A stretch of 64,000 nucleotides of DNA from assembly GCF_006345805.1 (NCBI RefSeq), contig NC_043020.1, positions 12,834,001-12,898,000 of the forward strand, written 5' to 3'. The notes under the pieces were generated by a model, which saw nothing but the letters and a program-made list of their open reading frames with translations, was not told the origin of the DNA and made no database searches. The position numbers and the translations under genes are program-made. This document shows positions 1 through 12,500 of this stretch, piece by piece (position 1 is the stretch's first letter; each line of letters begins with the position of its first letter). This DNA comes from Octopus sinensis. Its lineage: Eukaryota.

Positions 1-479
1 ATAATAATTTCTTCATGTCATTGAACTATCATGTTTGCACTGGGAAAAAAATCCCCTCAACAATGTATAGAATTGAAAACAAAAAAACCTCTATTGTACG
101 TAAACATATAATTTCCATTTTGTATTTTTATAATATGATAACATGGAAGTCAGTAAAAATTTACATAATTGACAGGTGATCACCGTTATTAGCTGTTTTC
201 TCTAATATGTAACAAAATAACTGAGCTGTTAGATTTGAAATCTTATAAATATATTGTCCATATTTGGTTATAAATGGAAGCTCCATCTATTTGTCCATTT
301 TTTAATGAGAATGATTTAGAAAATTTGATGATTTAAAAAAAAAAAATTACAAAGCAGTTATTTTTTTTGTTTTAAATGTTTTCATTGACTGCTAACACAC
401 ACACTCACATGTATATATACAAACATACATACATAAATATATATATATTTTCATTCACACACATATAAATGTGTGCCTA

Positions 480-680
480 TATTATATATATATATATATA
501 TATATAGATAGATATATTCACTCACACACATGCAGATGTGTGTGTGTATCTATCTATCTATATATGTATATACATATATATGTGTAGATATATATGTATA
601 TATGTGTAGATATATATATATATATATGTATATATTATATATATATATATATATATGTATACATATATTACATGTTTATA

Positions 681-737
<57 letters not shown>

Positions 738-838
738 ATATATATATACATGTATATATATGTATATATATATATTTATTATATATATATATATATTATA
801 TATATATATTATATATAATATATATATATACATGTATA

Positions 839-900
<62 letters not shown>
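480..900. repeat. Long imperfect (TA)n tract; comparable tracts at about 24420-24780, 27000-27855, 39940-40068, 61030-61385
   Basis: Directly visible; the source of the many YIYI-type ORFs. Confidence 0.95.
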
Positions 901-979
901 CATACACATACAGTGCTTACGCAGTTAGGTGCTATGTGGTAAAGTTGATGATCTTCAATAATAATAATAGTAATATAAG

Positions 980-1038
<59 letters not shown>

Positions 1039-1131
1039 TATGTATATAATACATGGCTATCATACAAAACTATAGGCTTCTCCATGTGGAGAAATTGGTT
1101 CAGTTTAAATTTTCATATAGAAAAATTACAA

Positions 1132-1185
<54 letters not shown>

Positions 1186-1791
1186 ATAATAATAATAACA
1201 ATCCTTTCTATTATAGGCACAAGGCCTGAAATATTGGAGAAGCAGGGGGATGTAGTCAATTACCTTGACCTCCCAGTACTTAACTGGTAATTATTTTATT
1301 GACCCGAAAGGATGAAAGGTAAAGTCGACCTTCATGGAATTTGAACTCTGAACATAAAGCGAGACATAATGGTGCTATGCGTTTTGTCTGTGTGGTAACT
1401 ATTCTGCCAGGTTGCTGCTTTGGCAGTGAGCTGGCTGAATTCTTACCAGAGTTGTTTACTACTGAAGAAACTGTTGAAAAATCAGTTCTTTCGTTAACTG
1501 TATACATGTGCGTGTGTGTGTGTGTATATGCGTGTAGGTATGTTGGATCTGTACGTGTTTGAACTTTGCCATGTTCTAAGTCTTTTGCAGTTTGTTTGAA
1601 CCCTTTGTAAGGGACTGAAACAAAAACAAACTCCTACCCTCATCCAATAATAATAATAATAATAATAATAATGTTAAAAGCAGAACAATGTCATGTTTTC
1701 AATTAAGCATGTTTAAAAGGAAAGCTGTGTCCCTAGCTCCTACATGCATTTTTTTCTCTCCTTGTTTCTCTCCTTGTTTTTTTCTATGTAT

Positions 1792-1827
1792 CTCTCTGTC
1801 GAAGAGCATAGGCTCGAAATGTAAAAG
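1792..1827 (+). ncRNA. Hammerhead-like motif, A6U family; element 1748-1925
   Basis: CTCT CTGTCGA A GAGC ATAG GCTC GAAA TG TA AAAG; helix III has a CpG-type C>T change. Confidence 0.45.
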
Positions 1828-1929
1828 ACTTGTTCTATTTCTATTCCTGAGTGCCATACTAATACATTTGTTTGTTTGTACTCCACCTGCCTTCGTCTTT
1901 TGTTTATTTTCGTAAACCTTCCCGTTATA

Positions 1930-2340
1930 TATACTCTTTTACTCTTTTACTTGTTTCAGTCATTTGACTGCGGCCATGCTGGAGCACCACCTTTAATCGA
2001 GCAACTCGACCCCGAGACTTATTCTTTGTAAGCCCAGTACTTATTCTATCGGTCTCTTTTGCCGAACCGCTAAGTGAAGGGGACATAAACACACCAGCAT
2101 CGGTTGTCAAGCAATGCTAGGGGGACAAACACAGACACACAAACATACATGCACATACACATATATATACATATATACGACAGGCTTCTTTCAGTTTCCG
2201 TCTACCAAATCCACTCACAAGGCATTGGTCGGCCCGAGGCAATAGTAGAAGACACTTGCCCAAGGTGCCACGCAGTGGGACTGAACCCGGAACCATGTGG
2301 TTGGTAAACAAGCTACTTACCACACAGCCACTCCTGCGCC
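1930..2340 (-). mobile_element. tRNA-derived SINE family B (CORE-like segment, internal CA/TA microsatellite, about 410 bp)
   Basis: Sense strand: GGCGCAGGAGTGGCTGTGTGGTAAG...GGTTCAGTCCC, GGCACCTTGGGCAAGTG, a microsatellite, then a tail ...GCTCCAGCATGGCCGCAGTCAAATGACTGAAACAAGTAAAAGA. Other copies: minus near 12005, 35108, 36470, 41985, 42968 (partial), 47590, 50805; plus near 37630, 51530, 52583, 55125 (partial), 56585, 57027. Confidence 0.88.
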
Positions 2341-2341
2341 T

Positions 2342-2420
<79 letters not shown>

Positions 2421-2519
2421 TTATGAAGATTGATGTAACTCTTCATGAAGGTGAATAAGCAATGAGAAGAGCAAAATGTGATTTGTATCTCTGTTTATTA
2501 CAAATCAGATCACACTCTG

Positions 2520-2577
<58 letters not shown>

Positions 2578-3350
2578 TTATTGTTATCAATTTTCTCTTT
2601 TAATTATAAAATCATATTGTTTAATTAGTGTTACTCTCCCCATTGAATCAATGTAATAATAATCCTTTCAACCATAGGCACAAGGCCTGGAATTTGAGGG
2701 AAGTGGGATAGTCGATCACATCGACCCCAGTACTTGACTGGTACTCAATTTATCAACCCCGATGAAAGGCAAAGTCGACCTCAGCGGAATTTGAACTCAG
2801 AATGTAGCGACTGGCAAAATACTGCCAAGCATTTTGTCCAGCATGCTAACCATTCTGCCAGCTTGCCGCCTTAACAATAATAATATTTATTTTTATTAAC
2901 TCTAAAAGCCATATACATTAGAACCCTCTCTGCTTCCACATGGAGGTGGAATCACAGTGTAAAAATGTATATCCTGCTTTTTGGTGTTTCCATCTTTGCC
3001 TTGACACTAACTTCATTGACATCACTTCAAGAGGAATGCATTGAAAAAGTCAAAGAATTTAATAAAATTTTATCTCTTTTATAATTAACATGATTGAAGT
3101 GTAAATTCGGAATCTTAAAGAAATCATGTGTGTCGTAAGCTTTTTGCACCAAAGAAGACGTAACTATTTTTCTCTTGTCACAAGTTACACAATTTAACGA
3201 TTTTCATACCAACCCTCTTAAGACTGCCTTTGTTCTAAGTTAAAATCTTCCATCAAAGTTTCGTGTTAATTTATATACTAATAATGACAAAGTAATTTTA
3301 GTAAATTCTTCATTATTTTCAAAATTAATTGAAACAAACACAGTGTATTA

Positions 3351-3631
3351 TTGGGTTGAGGAATAATTCATCAGCATTTTTTTTTTTTTTTCAAATTTAA
3401 AAATGCACACAGAAATAAAATGCATTGGCAAAATATTTTATGTTATTTAAGAGAGAATTTTTTGCTCTACAAGACAGTGTGTTTTGATTTTTTAAGAATT
3501 TTATTGATTTTTGTGTATTTTCAGGTCATTAAATTGAAATGTCAAGTGGACAAAACTGAGCATTTTCAACACCATTTGCTTTTTGCATTTAATCAAGGTG
3601 TTAAGGTCACTGAAGCTACTTGTGAGATCGT
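3351..3631 (+). pseudogene. Mariner-type transposon 5' remnant (TIR-like end plus N-terminal transposase fragment)
   Basis: TA|TTGGGTTGAGGAATAATTC mariner-like end, then KCQVDKTEHFQHHLLFAFNQGVKVTEATCEI, matching the mariner N-terminal HTH pattern HFRHxLLFxFNxGxKAxEA. Confidence 0.65.
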
Positions 3632-5801
3632 TATTCTATTATCAGTTTCAGTCAGAGACTGTGGCCATGTTGGAGCATCACCATTAAAATGCAAAAACAA
3701 ACAAAGAAAAAAATCGAAGTAAACCTAAATATTTTTAATCATCTTTTATAATTTAATGAGACAAGAGAAGATGATGGCTCCATCTGTAGAAAGGGAGAAG
3801 CACTGAGAATAAATTAAATATTTGGCACAAAATCTTTTTGGAAAGAATGTAATCTACTGAGCTGATCTTTTTTTTTTTTTTTTGACAGTAGGTATATTCT
3901 GTAAGTAGTTTATCTTATATATATGTATATATGTGTGTTTATGATTTAAAATCCAAGTGGTCACTTCACGAAGGTCCCCATGATTCCATAATACAGAGTT
4001 TTACATAAATTTTGTTTATATATATATACACACACATTAGAATATACACCATATATATATATATATATATATATATACTAGAATATATATTATCTGTCTC
4101 TCCATCTATATATATATATAATATATATATATATGTGTGTGTGTGTGTATATGAGGATGAGGTTGCATACACACACATACACATATATATATATACATAC
4201 ATGTGTGCGAGTGTGTATGGACATGTGTGTATGTATGAGTATGTACATACACATATATGCTTGTGTGCGTGTATGTGCATGTACGTATGCATGTTTGTGT
4301 GAGTGTGTACATATGTAGGCATTGTGAACGCAGGAGGCTTATGTCTATGTATTGTGAGAACATGGTTGTGTGTATTTCATGAATTGGCCCCAGTTTATGA
4401 CTAGTATCTACAAAATTCAACTCCTGTATATATTGTAGAAAACCACCACCAGACTATCAAACCCTGTGAGATTTCAACCAAACAATTCATATTAAACTAA
4501 CAATGCTACAATTACAAAAACAACAGTTGTACAATACACATGCGTAAAGCCAACGAGAACCACATACATTTCAAGCTAAACATCAACAGTCTCCATATCA
4601 CCACCCTTGGGTGTTTTATCAGCATTTTATCCAGTTCCTTATAAAAAAAACACAACTTCAAACATTGCTAATACAGGAGTATCTAATACAGGTTACAGAG
4701 ATGTCTGCTTATAATTAGTATTATTGTATTGTTCATAAAAGCTCTGAGAAAGGTAGAGGTAAGAGAGAGGAAGTAATGTGTTGTCAAGTTAAGGTATACT
4801 GCAAATGGATTTTTATCGGGTATAATTACTTATATATTGAACCTGATACTAATTTTATGAACTTCATAAGTGGGGAAAATAAGGTTTATATCAGTGTATA
4901 GTGGCCGAGTTATCAAAATATCACATAGTATTTTAGTGTGATGTACCAATTCTTCATTTCACATTGAAACACACACACACACAAAGTCTGACCTAAGGTT
5001 TTGAGAAAACTATTTTACGCAAGTTGATGTGTATCATAAGTGAACCATGAACCAACTATTTGTAAAGCACTTTTTAATGCCACTCTTTCTATATATATTT
5101 GTTATTCTTTGTAAGCCTAGTACTTATTCTATCGTTCTCTTTTGCCGAACCACTATGTGTATACATTTTTTTGGGACACCCTGTATATAAGAATATACAT
5201 TAAAATTATTTGTTGTCTATTCATACTTCCTTCCGGTTGTATAGTGCATGTACAGAAATGAAGTGACTCTGAAATGGCAGCCCTCCTACCAAATCGATGT
5301 TATTGGCCATTTTAAGTGTATATGTGTTCATTGTCTTACATATTCACACAAAGAATCATAGTGCGGAAAATTTGTGTTTTTGTCAACCACTCCACTCCAA
5401 TCAACTGGTGGGGGTACAACAACACCAGCAACACACACATGCATAAATAATAAATAATGTCACCAATGCCCAGCATAATTTTGAAGTCCAATATGGCTTG
5501 CATGTCATCTCACAGATGTTTTTCATCCAAGTGGAATGATCCAAAGAAGCTGGGTAAGACATCTGGAGTCAGTAAATGTCCCAAATTCAAGAGTATGTCA
5601 ATGTCAGGATATCTAGTTAGTTCTGGAGATTCTCAAACTGGCTCAAACCATTCCGTGCATGTTTTACATCAAAGTAGCCAACCAAAGATATATTTTGACG
5701 AATGCTGTCAAGACTTGCCCGGACTTGTGCCTGGGTGGGTAACTTTCCAGGGTAACTTCATGTCCAATGATCCTATGGCATGTGGAACCAAACTGGAAGT
5801 A

Positions 5802-5854
<53 letters not shown>

Positions 5855-5895
5855 CACATAATACCCCCTTTGGAGATTGCACTTAGAAAGTTCTC

Positions 5896-6127
5896 ATTCC
5901 TTTATTGCCCACAAGGGGCTAAACATAGAAGGGACAAACAAGGATAGACAAAGGGATTAAGTCGATTACATTGACCCCAGTGCATAACTGGTACTTAATT
6001 TATCGACCCCGAAAGGATGAAAGGCAAAGTCGACCTCAGCGGAATTTGAACTCAGAACGTAATGACAGATGAAATACTACTAAGCATTTCGCCTGGCGTG
6101 CTAACGTTTCTGCCAGCTTGCTGCGTT
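5896..6127 (-). mobile_element. tRNA-derived SINE family A (Meta-like central domain) with 21-bp TSD
   Basis: Minus strand has a box A/B head, then GACTTTGCCTTTCATCCTTTCGGGGTCGATAAATTAAGTACC (resembles the MetaSINE domain). TSD GATTGCACTTAGAAAGTTCTC at 5875-5895 and 6128-6148. Further copies near 1195, 2660, 14397, 15075, 16640, 16870, 17555(+), 43210, 43790, 44040, 45000, 46140, 48230, 54380(+), 62240. Confidence 0.88.
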
Positions 6128-6411
6128 GATTGCACTTAGAAAGTTCTCCTCAATGGCACAAGCCCAGGCAAGGTTGTTTATGGAAGACCAGCAGTCGTCC
6201 ATGCATACCAGTCTCCCCTCTCCACACAACTGATGTTATCCAAAGGAAAGGCAAAGGCCAATACAGCTTGATATCAGTGATGTTACATATTTCTGCAGCT
6301 GAGTTTAACTGACGCAATAAGAAATAAGGGGTCTTGCTCAAGAACACAATACACAGCTTGGTCTGAGAATTGAACTCACAACCTCGCAATTGTAAGCCTA
6401 GTGCTCTAACC

Positions 6412-6640
6412 TATTTCTTTATTACCCACAAGGGGCTAAACACAGAGGGGACAAACAAGGACAGACATAGGTATTAAGTCGATTACATCGACCCCAGTGC
6501 GTAACTGGTACTTAATTTATCGACCCCGAAAGGATGAAAGGCAAAGTCGACCTCGGCGGAATTTGAACTCAGAATGTAACGGCAGACGAAATACCGCTAA
6601 GCATTTCGCCCGACGTGCTAACGATTCTGCCAGCTCACCG
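6412..6640 (-). mobile_element. SINE-A inserted into the tRNA-like head of a SINE-C, 15-bp TSD
   Basis: TSD CCTAGTGCTCTAACC at 6397-6411 and 6641-6655. Confidence 0.88.
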
Positions 6641-7187
6641 CCTAGTGCTCTAACCACTGAGCCATCCACCTTTACACACACACACACACACACATAAAAC
6701 CTTATCAAAACAAAGTTATACTCACTCTTAGCAACAGAAGAATTTTGCAATGTTCAAAAACAAATTCTGTTTGCACACCTATGTGTAACTTGTCTCCTTT
6801 GATGTTGAAAGCTTTTAGTAGCATGTTGTTGTTGTTATGCTTCAAGTAAGCTGACCTATAATTAAAATCATTCTTGAGCTTCTATTTCTAGCAAAAAAAA
6901 AAATTCTATATTCATCAACTCACACACAACTGAATTACAAAATATTCATTGCAGTTACAAAAAAGACAGGTGGGTGGCATAGTTGGAATGTCTCTCTTAA
7001 ATATTGTTTATCTTATAGGTATATTTTGTAAGTAGTTTATCTTATATATATGTATATATGTGTGTTCATGATTTAAAATCCAAGTGTGTCACTTCACGAA
7101 GGTTCCCATGATTCCATAATACAGAGTTTTACATAAATTTTGTTTATATATATATACACACAACACTAGAATATACACCATATATAT

Positions 7188-7232
<45 letters not shown>

Positions 7233-7548
7233 TGCATTCTATATTATATATATATATAAAAATATATATATATAGTAGAATATATATTATATGTCTATCT
7301 ATCTATATATATATATATATGTGCTCTTCACATTTCTGAGAGCAATACTTTGCCTTGCTGAGCCATTTGCCTTTGGACAGCATCTGTGGTATAGAGACAG
7401 GGAGGATTACCTCATGGTCAGCTATTGGTTTAACATAAATCTTACTCGGGCATGCTTCTTCATGAAAAACTCTCAAGTAAGTGATGCATGGTGAGGCTTC
7501 ACTGACAAAAGTCTTCACGTATGCACATACGCATGCACAGACACACAC

Positions 7549-7579
<31 letters not shown>

Positions 7580-8526
7580 CATATGAGAGGAATGACCACT
7601 ATGTGGACAACCCTTATGCTAGAAGTAGGTCCGCTATGGTCTTACCATTAAGAAATGTTCTCAAGAAAAATTTAGTAAACACCAGAATGTAATCGAGCAA
7701 GACAAAAGAAAAGCAACAAAAATATGGATTATTCACATACATGTTTCACTATTAACATATTACGTAATTTTACTTACGCAATTTGTCTGTAGATCTTCGG
7801 TGTGACCATCCAAACAAATATAATTTGCAGAACTATATACTAGGACGTCTGCACAAAGTCAGATCTGTATATAGTTCTACCTATTACACTCATGATTACT
7901 ATTCAAACATCTTCGTTTTGGTGCACCAAATTACCAAAAAAATATATACTGCAGAAAATAATTTACTGCAGTGGCATTTGCCAGTTAGAGAACGTTTCTC
8001 ACCCTCATTATCCCTGTCTGGCCCCCGTTTTGGTGGCACGTAAAAGCACCATCCGTTCGTGTCCATTGCCAGCCTCGCCTGGCCTCCGTTGCCGGTGACA
8101 TGTAAAAGCACCATTCGTTCGTGGCCGTTTGCCAGCTCTGTCTGGCACATGTGCAGGTGGCACGTAAAAGCACCCACTACACTCATGGAGTGGTTGGCGT
8201 TAGGAAGGGCATCCAGCCGTAGAAAAAACACTGCCAGATCTGACTAGGCTGATGACGCCTTCGGCTTCACAGACCCCAGTTGAACCGTCCAACCATGCTA
8301 GCATGGAAAAGGGACGCTAAATGATGATGATGATGATATATTATATATATATAAATCCTAAATCCTTAAAAATTTTTCAGCCCGAAGGCTCCGGCCATGC
8401 TGAGGCACTACCGTTGAATGAGCTACACTAGTATGTGAAACCACCTATGATACATGGCATTTGGTCAACAAGGGAGTTCAACGCCGCTGCTCACATCTGT
8501 GTTTCCTGCCGAAAAGTAGGTTCATA

Positions 8527-8575
<49 letters not shown>

Positions 8576-8678
8576 TGATATATATATTATATATATATTA
8601 CATATATATATGTGTGTGTGTGTGTGTTGTATGTATATACATACATACAGATATATAATATAATATATATATATAAAA

Positions 8679-8709
<31 letters not shown>

Positions 8710-9502
8710 TATGTATAGCAAAACAAAGCAGGAGACGTTGTTTATGTAATATCTAGAAACTAAATGTGTCAGAAACAAATCATTCTGTTTTGTAAACAAA
8801 TTTATAAGTCGCAATTGTGCCAGAAATGCACATCAATAAAGGATTTTGTGAGTGCAGGAAGATTGTGAAGTCATCTTAGAAAATCAGGTAAATACCCTTT
8901 AGATAACAGAAAAATGGGACCGGCAAGCCTCCTCAGGAAATTGGGCTCGGCACCTCTCAAATTCTGGCTGAGCACTCTGAACCATTAAGCTAAGAGACCC
9001 CTGATGACAGGTTCTGTCCTTTTAGAATGTGAGAACATTTTGTAAAGAAATTTGTTAGTGCTACATGTGTTGGCATTCTACAGAAAATAAAGGAACTCGC
9101 AAATGCAGGACAGGTGTGAAGACAGCTTAGAAAATCAGGTAAGTGACCAACACAACTGCAGATTCAAATGAAGGACACCCATGCCCTATATAATACAAGT
9201 CTTCCTTGCAGTTTCCCTTTGTATACACAAGAATATCTATAGAATTCTAAATACTGGTTGTTGTGTGATTTAACCCTTTAGCATTTAAACCGGCCATATC
9301 CGGCCAAAAGTATTCTGCTTGTTTTATGTTCAAACTGGCCAGATCTGGTCTCTCACACCAACCCTACAATATCATCTTTAAAATTAATAGCTACCTCATC
9401 AAAATCTAACTACAAGATAATGCATGATTAGTTCAAAACAATGTGGATAAAAAAGCATTAATTTTGGCAGAATAATGTGAACATAAAGGGGGTTTTAAAC
9501 TG

Positions 9503-9535
<33 letters not shown>

Positions 9536-12500
9536 ATATATCAACATTGAGGGTTAAAATTAATTAGTAAAATTAATTCAGTATGTGCAAAGTAATTTAT
9601 TTTACTAAGCCATAATTATATAATATATTATATATATATATATATATATACAAATTGAGATAGGGGTTGTAAATGCAACCCTCCATGGGATAACATATAT
9701 CCAATATACTGCTAGTGAAGTACCCAACAAAGTTAATACATAAATGTTAATGATTGCGATGCAATCAATTCATTTACTGTATTATATGGGCAAAGGTAAA
9801 ATGATTTACCAAAATTACTAAACAAGATAAGAAAATGGAGAGAAATACAATAATATATATATATATTATATATATATATACATACATATATACACATACA
9901 TATGTTTGTGTGTGTGTGTAAATATAAGGTTAGGAGCTATGAGCGGTGAATAAAGATTATTTGACTACGTGACTTTCATATGATTACAGCTGTTTTGCAA
10001 TCTTCTTCATGTAGTATTAATTTCGGCATTCCAGAAATTATGTGTACACGTTTGCATTAATAAGCGCACTAAGCATTACAGAATACTCTTGTATATTTAC
10101 AAGTTAATGCAAATAAAGAAAGCTAACTCAAACAGAAGGCTGTATTAAAGAATGAAGTCCATCAAAAGATGGATTACCATGGCAGATCTTGGGCTAATAA
10201 TGTGATATAAAATATATTTGGCAGAGTAAAACTGCAGAAACCAATTATAATATATATATACATGTCTGTGTTAAGAGCAGAATATATAGCTGTGTTGTGT
10301 CCCTTTACATAGATAAAGCAACAAGATTAGTAATATTTGAACTTCTTATAATGTAGTGTTCACATCTGTCTATGTACATCATAGAAATATAAATGAAATT
10401 AGCAAAAGAATAAAAGTTTTTCTTTTTGGTGATTAGTGATGGTGAATGGGAGATAATTCAGAGTCACTTACAAGTGCAGGTGATGTGGCCTCAAGCACAC
10501 AGTTGTAAACTTTTTAGGTAAGGGGAAATAATCCAATTTATCAGCTGAGTTATAATACAGACTGACAAAGAAATATATGTGTATATAAATATATATATAA
10601 ATATATGCATGCGTGTGTGTGTGTATGTGTGTGTGTGTGTATGTGTGTGTGTGTGTGTGTGTATGTGTGTGTGGGTGTGGTGCTTTTCTTTTTAAAATAC
10701 CAAAGTATTGATTATGAACTTCCATAGAGACTCATAGACCTTAGCATCTGTAGTTAGGGTCACACACTCATGAATGGAATTTGGACAGGTACAAACGATT
10801 ATACAACATATAAATCTAGGTATATATATATATATATATATATATATCATGTACAAATAATATATTCATATATAAATTATATGTATAAGATGGATATCCA
10901 AATATATATATGTATATATATATAATTTTTATATAATGCTTTTATAGTTTCAATCATTGGCATGCTGGAAGCGAAATATAAGCAGCAATTTTGCAATCCT
11001 TTTTCTATTTCAGACATAAAGAAATCATTGGAACAGCAAAATTACTTGACTACTGCACTGAACAGAAAGTCAACAAATAATCTAAATGGTATAAGCAAAA
11101 ACAGATGTGATCTGTTCACTGCAGCAAAAATGAAAATCTTTAAAACCTACATAATTAAAACTTCTATTCAAATACAAGATCAGAGAAATTTGGGAAATGC
11201 AGACACATTTAGAAGCACCTGTTGCAGAACAAATGCAGATTTGAAATTACTTAATATTAAATTTTATCTCATTTCTCTAATTTTGTTCTCATAGACCCCC
11301 ACCCATTATTGTTGATTTATTAATCTTAATTCTATGCAAAGTGTTTGTTGTTTAATTTTTAATTAAAATTACTCCCCCCCACTAACATCACAAAAGGTCA
11401 CACCTGAGACAGTCAAGGGGAAGTAACTCACATCTACCACCTAAGAGTTATTCACCTTAATGGCAGTGGAAGCAGCATTTATTTATGTGCGGGTGGCACG
11501 TAAAAAGCACCCACTACACTCACGGAGTGGTTGGCGTTAGGAAGGGCATCCAGCCGTAGAAACACTGTCAGATTTGACTGGGCCTGATGAAGCCTTCTGG
11601 CTTCACAGACCCCAGTAGAACCGTCCAACCCATGCTAGCATGGAAAACGGACGCTAAACGATGATGATGATGATGACGATGAATATCTTAAAATGTGAAA
11701 ATACTGAGTCTGAATGAGTGCAGCAGCATGAAACCTTTGGTTGTTCAGTATCTTACTTGTATCACATCCTATTAGGCCTTGTGGCACAGACCACTTTCAT
11801 CAAACAGGAATGGTGAATAAGTGTAATTAGTTAATGCACAAAAACTCATGAAGAGGAGATAATCTCAGTATTTCCAGGATTATCTGCCTTTCTTTGAAAT
11901 TACTTTTATTTTTTGTTCATAACTTGTCCACCTTGGTCCTCTCCAAATCTTTGTTCTATATTTTTTTTAAATATATCATTCTCCGTCTTTATACCTAAAA
12001 TATGCTCTTTTACTTATTTCAGTCATTTGACTGTGGCCATGCTGGAGCACCACCTTTAGTCAAGCAAATCAACCCCAGGACTTATTCTTTGTAAGCCTAG
12101 TACTTTAATCTATCAGCCTGTTTTTGCTGAACAACTAAATTAATTGGATGCAAATACACCACCATCGTTTGTCAAGAGATGTTGGTGGGGGGGGGGATAA
12201 ACTCAGACACACAAGCATATACACACACATACATATATATACATATATATGATGGGGTTCTTTCAGTTTCCGTTTACCAAACCCACTCACAAGGCATTGG
12301 TCAGCCCGAGGCTATAGTGGAAGACACTTGCCCAAAGTGCCATGCAGTGGGACTGAACCCGGAACCATGTGGTTGGTAAGTAAGCTACTTACCACACAGC
12401 CACATGAAGATTTCTTAACTATCTCCTTTCACATTATAGCAAGTTCTCCCCTTTCATTATTTTATTATTTTACTTCTGTATCACAATGCTGCAAGCAAAC

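Noticed and set aside
5457-5861. 134-aa ORF with non-repetitive 5' part
   Set aside because: No motif recognised, it ends in a TA tract, and the opposite strand has stops; probably a decayed TE fragment.
7320-7505. 60-codon open segment on the minus strand with AG acceptors (and a 51-nt candidate exon at about 1447-1497)
   Set aside because: No recognisable homology, no consistent donor/acceptor chain, and flanked by TA/CA repeats; may be real but is unsupported.
9984-10016. AAAACAGCTGTA palindromic helix-III-like remnant (also AAAACGTCG near 31680)
   Set aside because: Core and helix I are missing or too degenerate to call.
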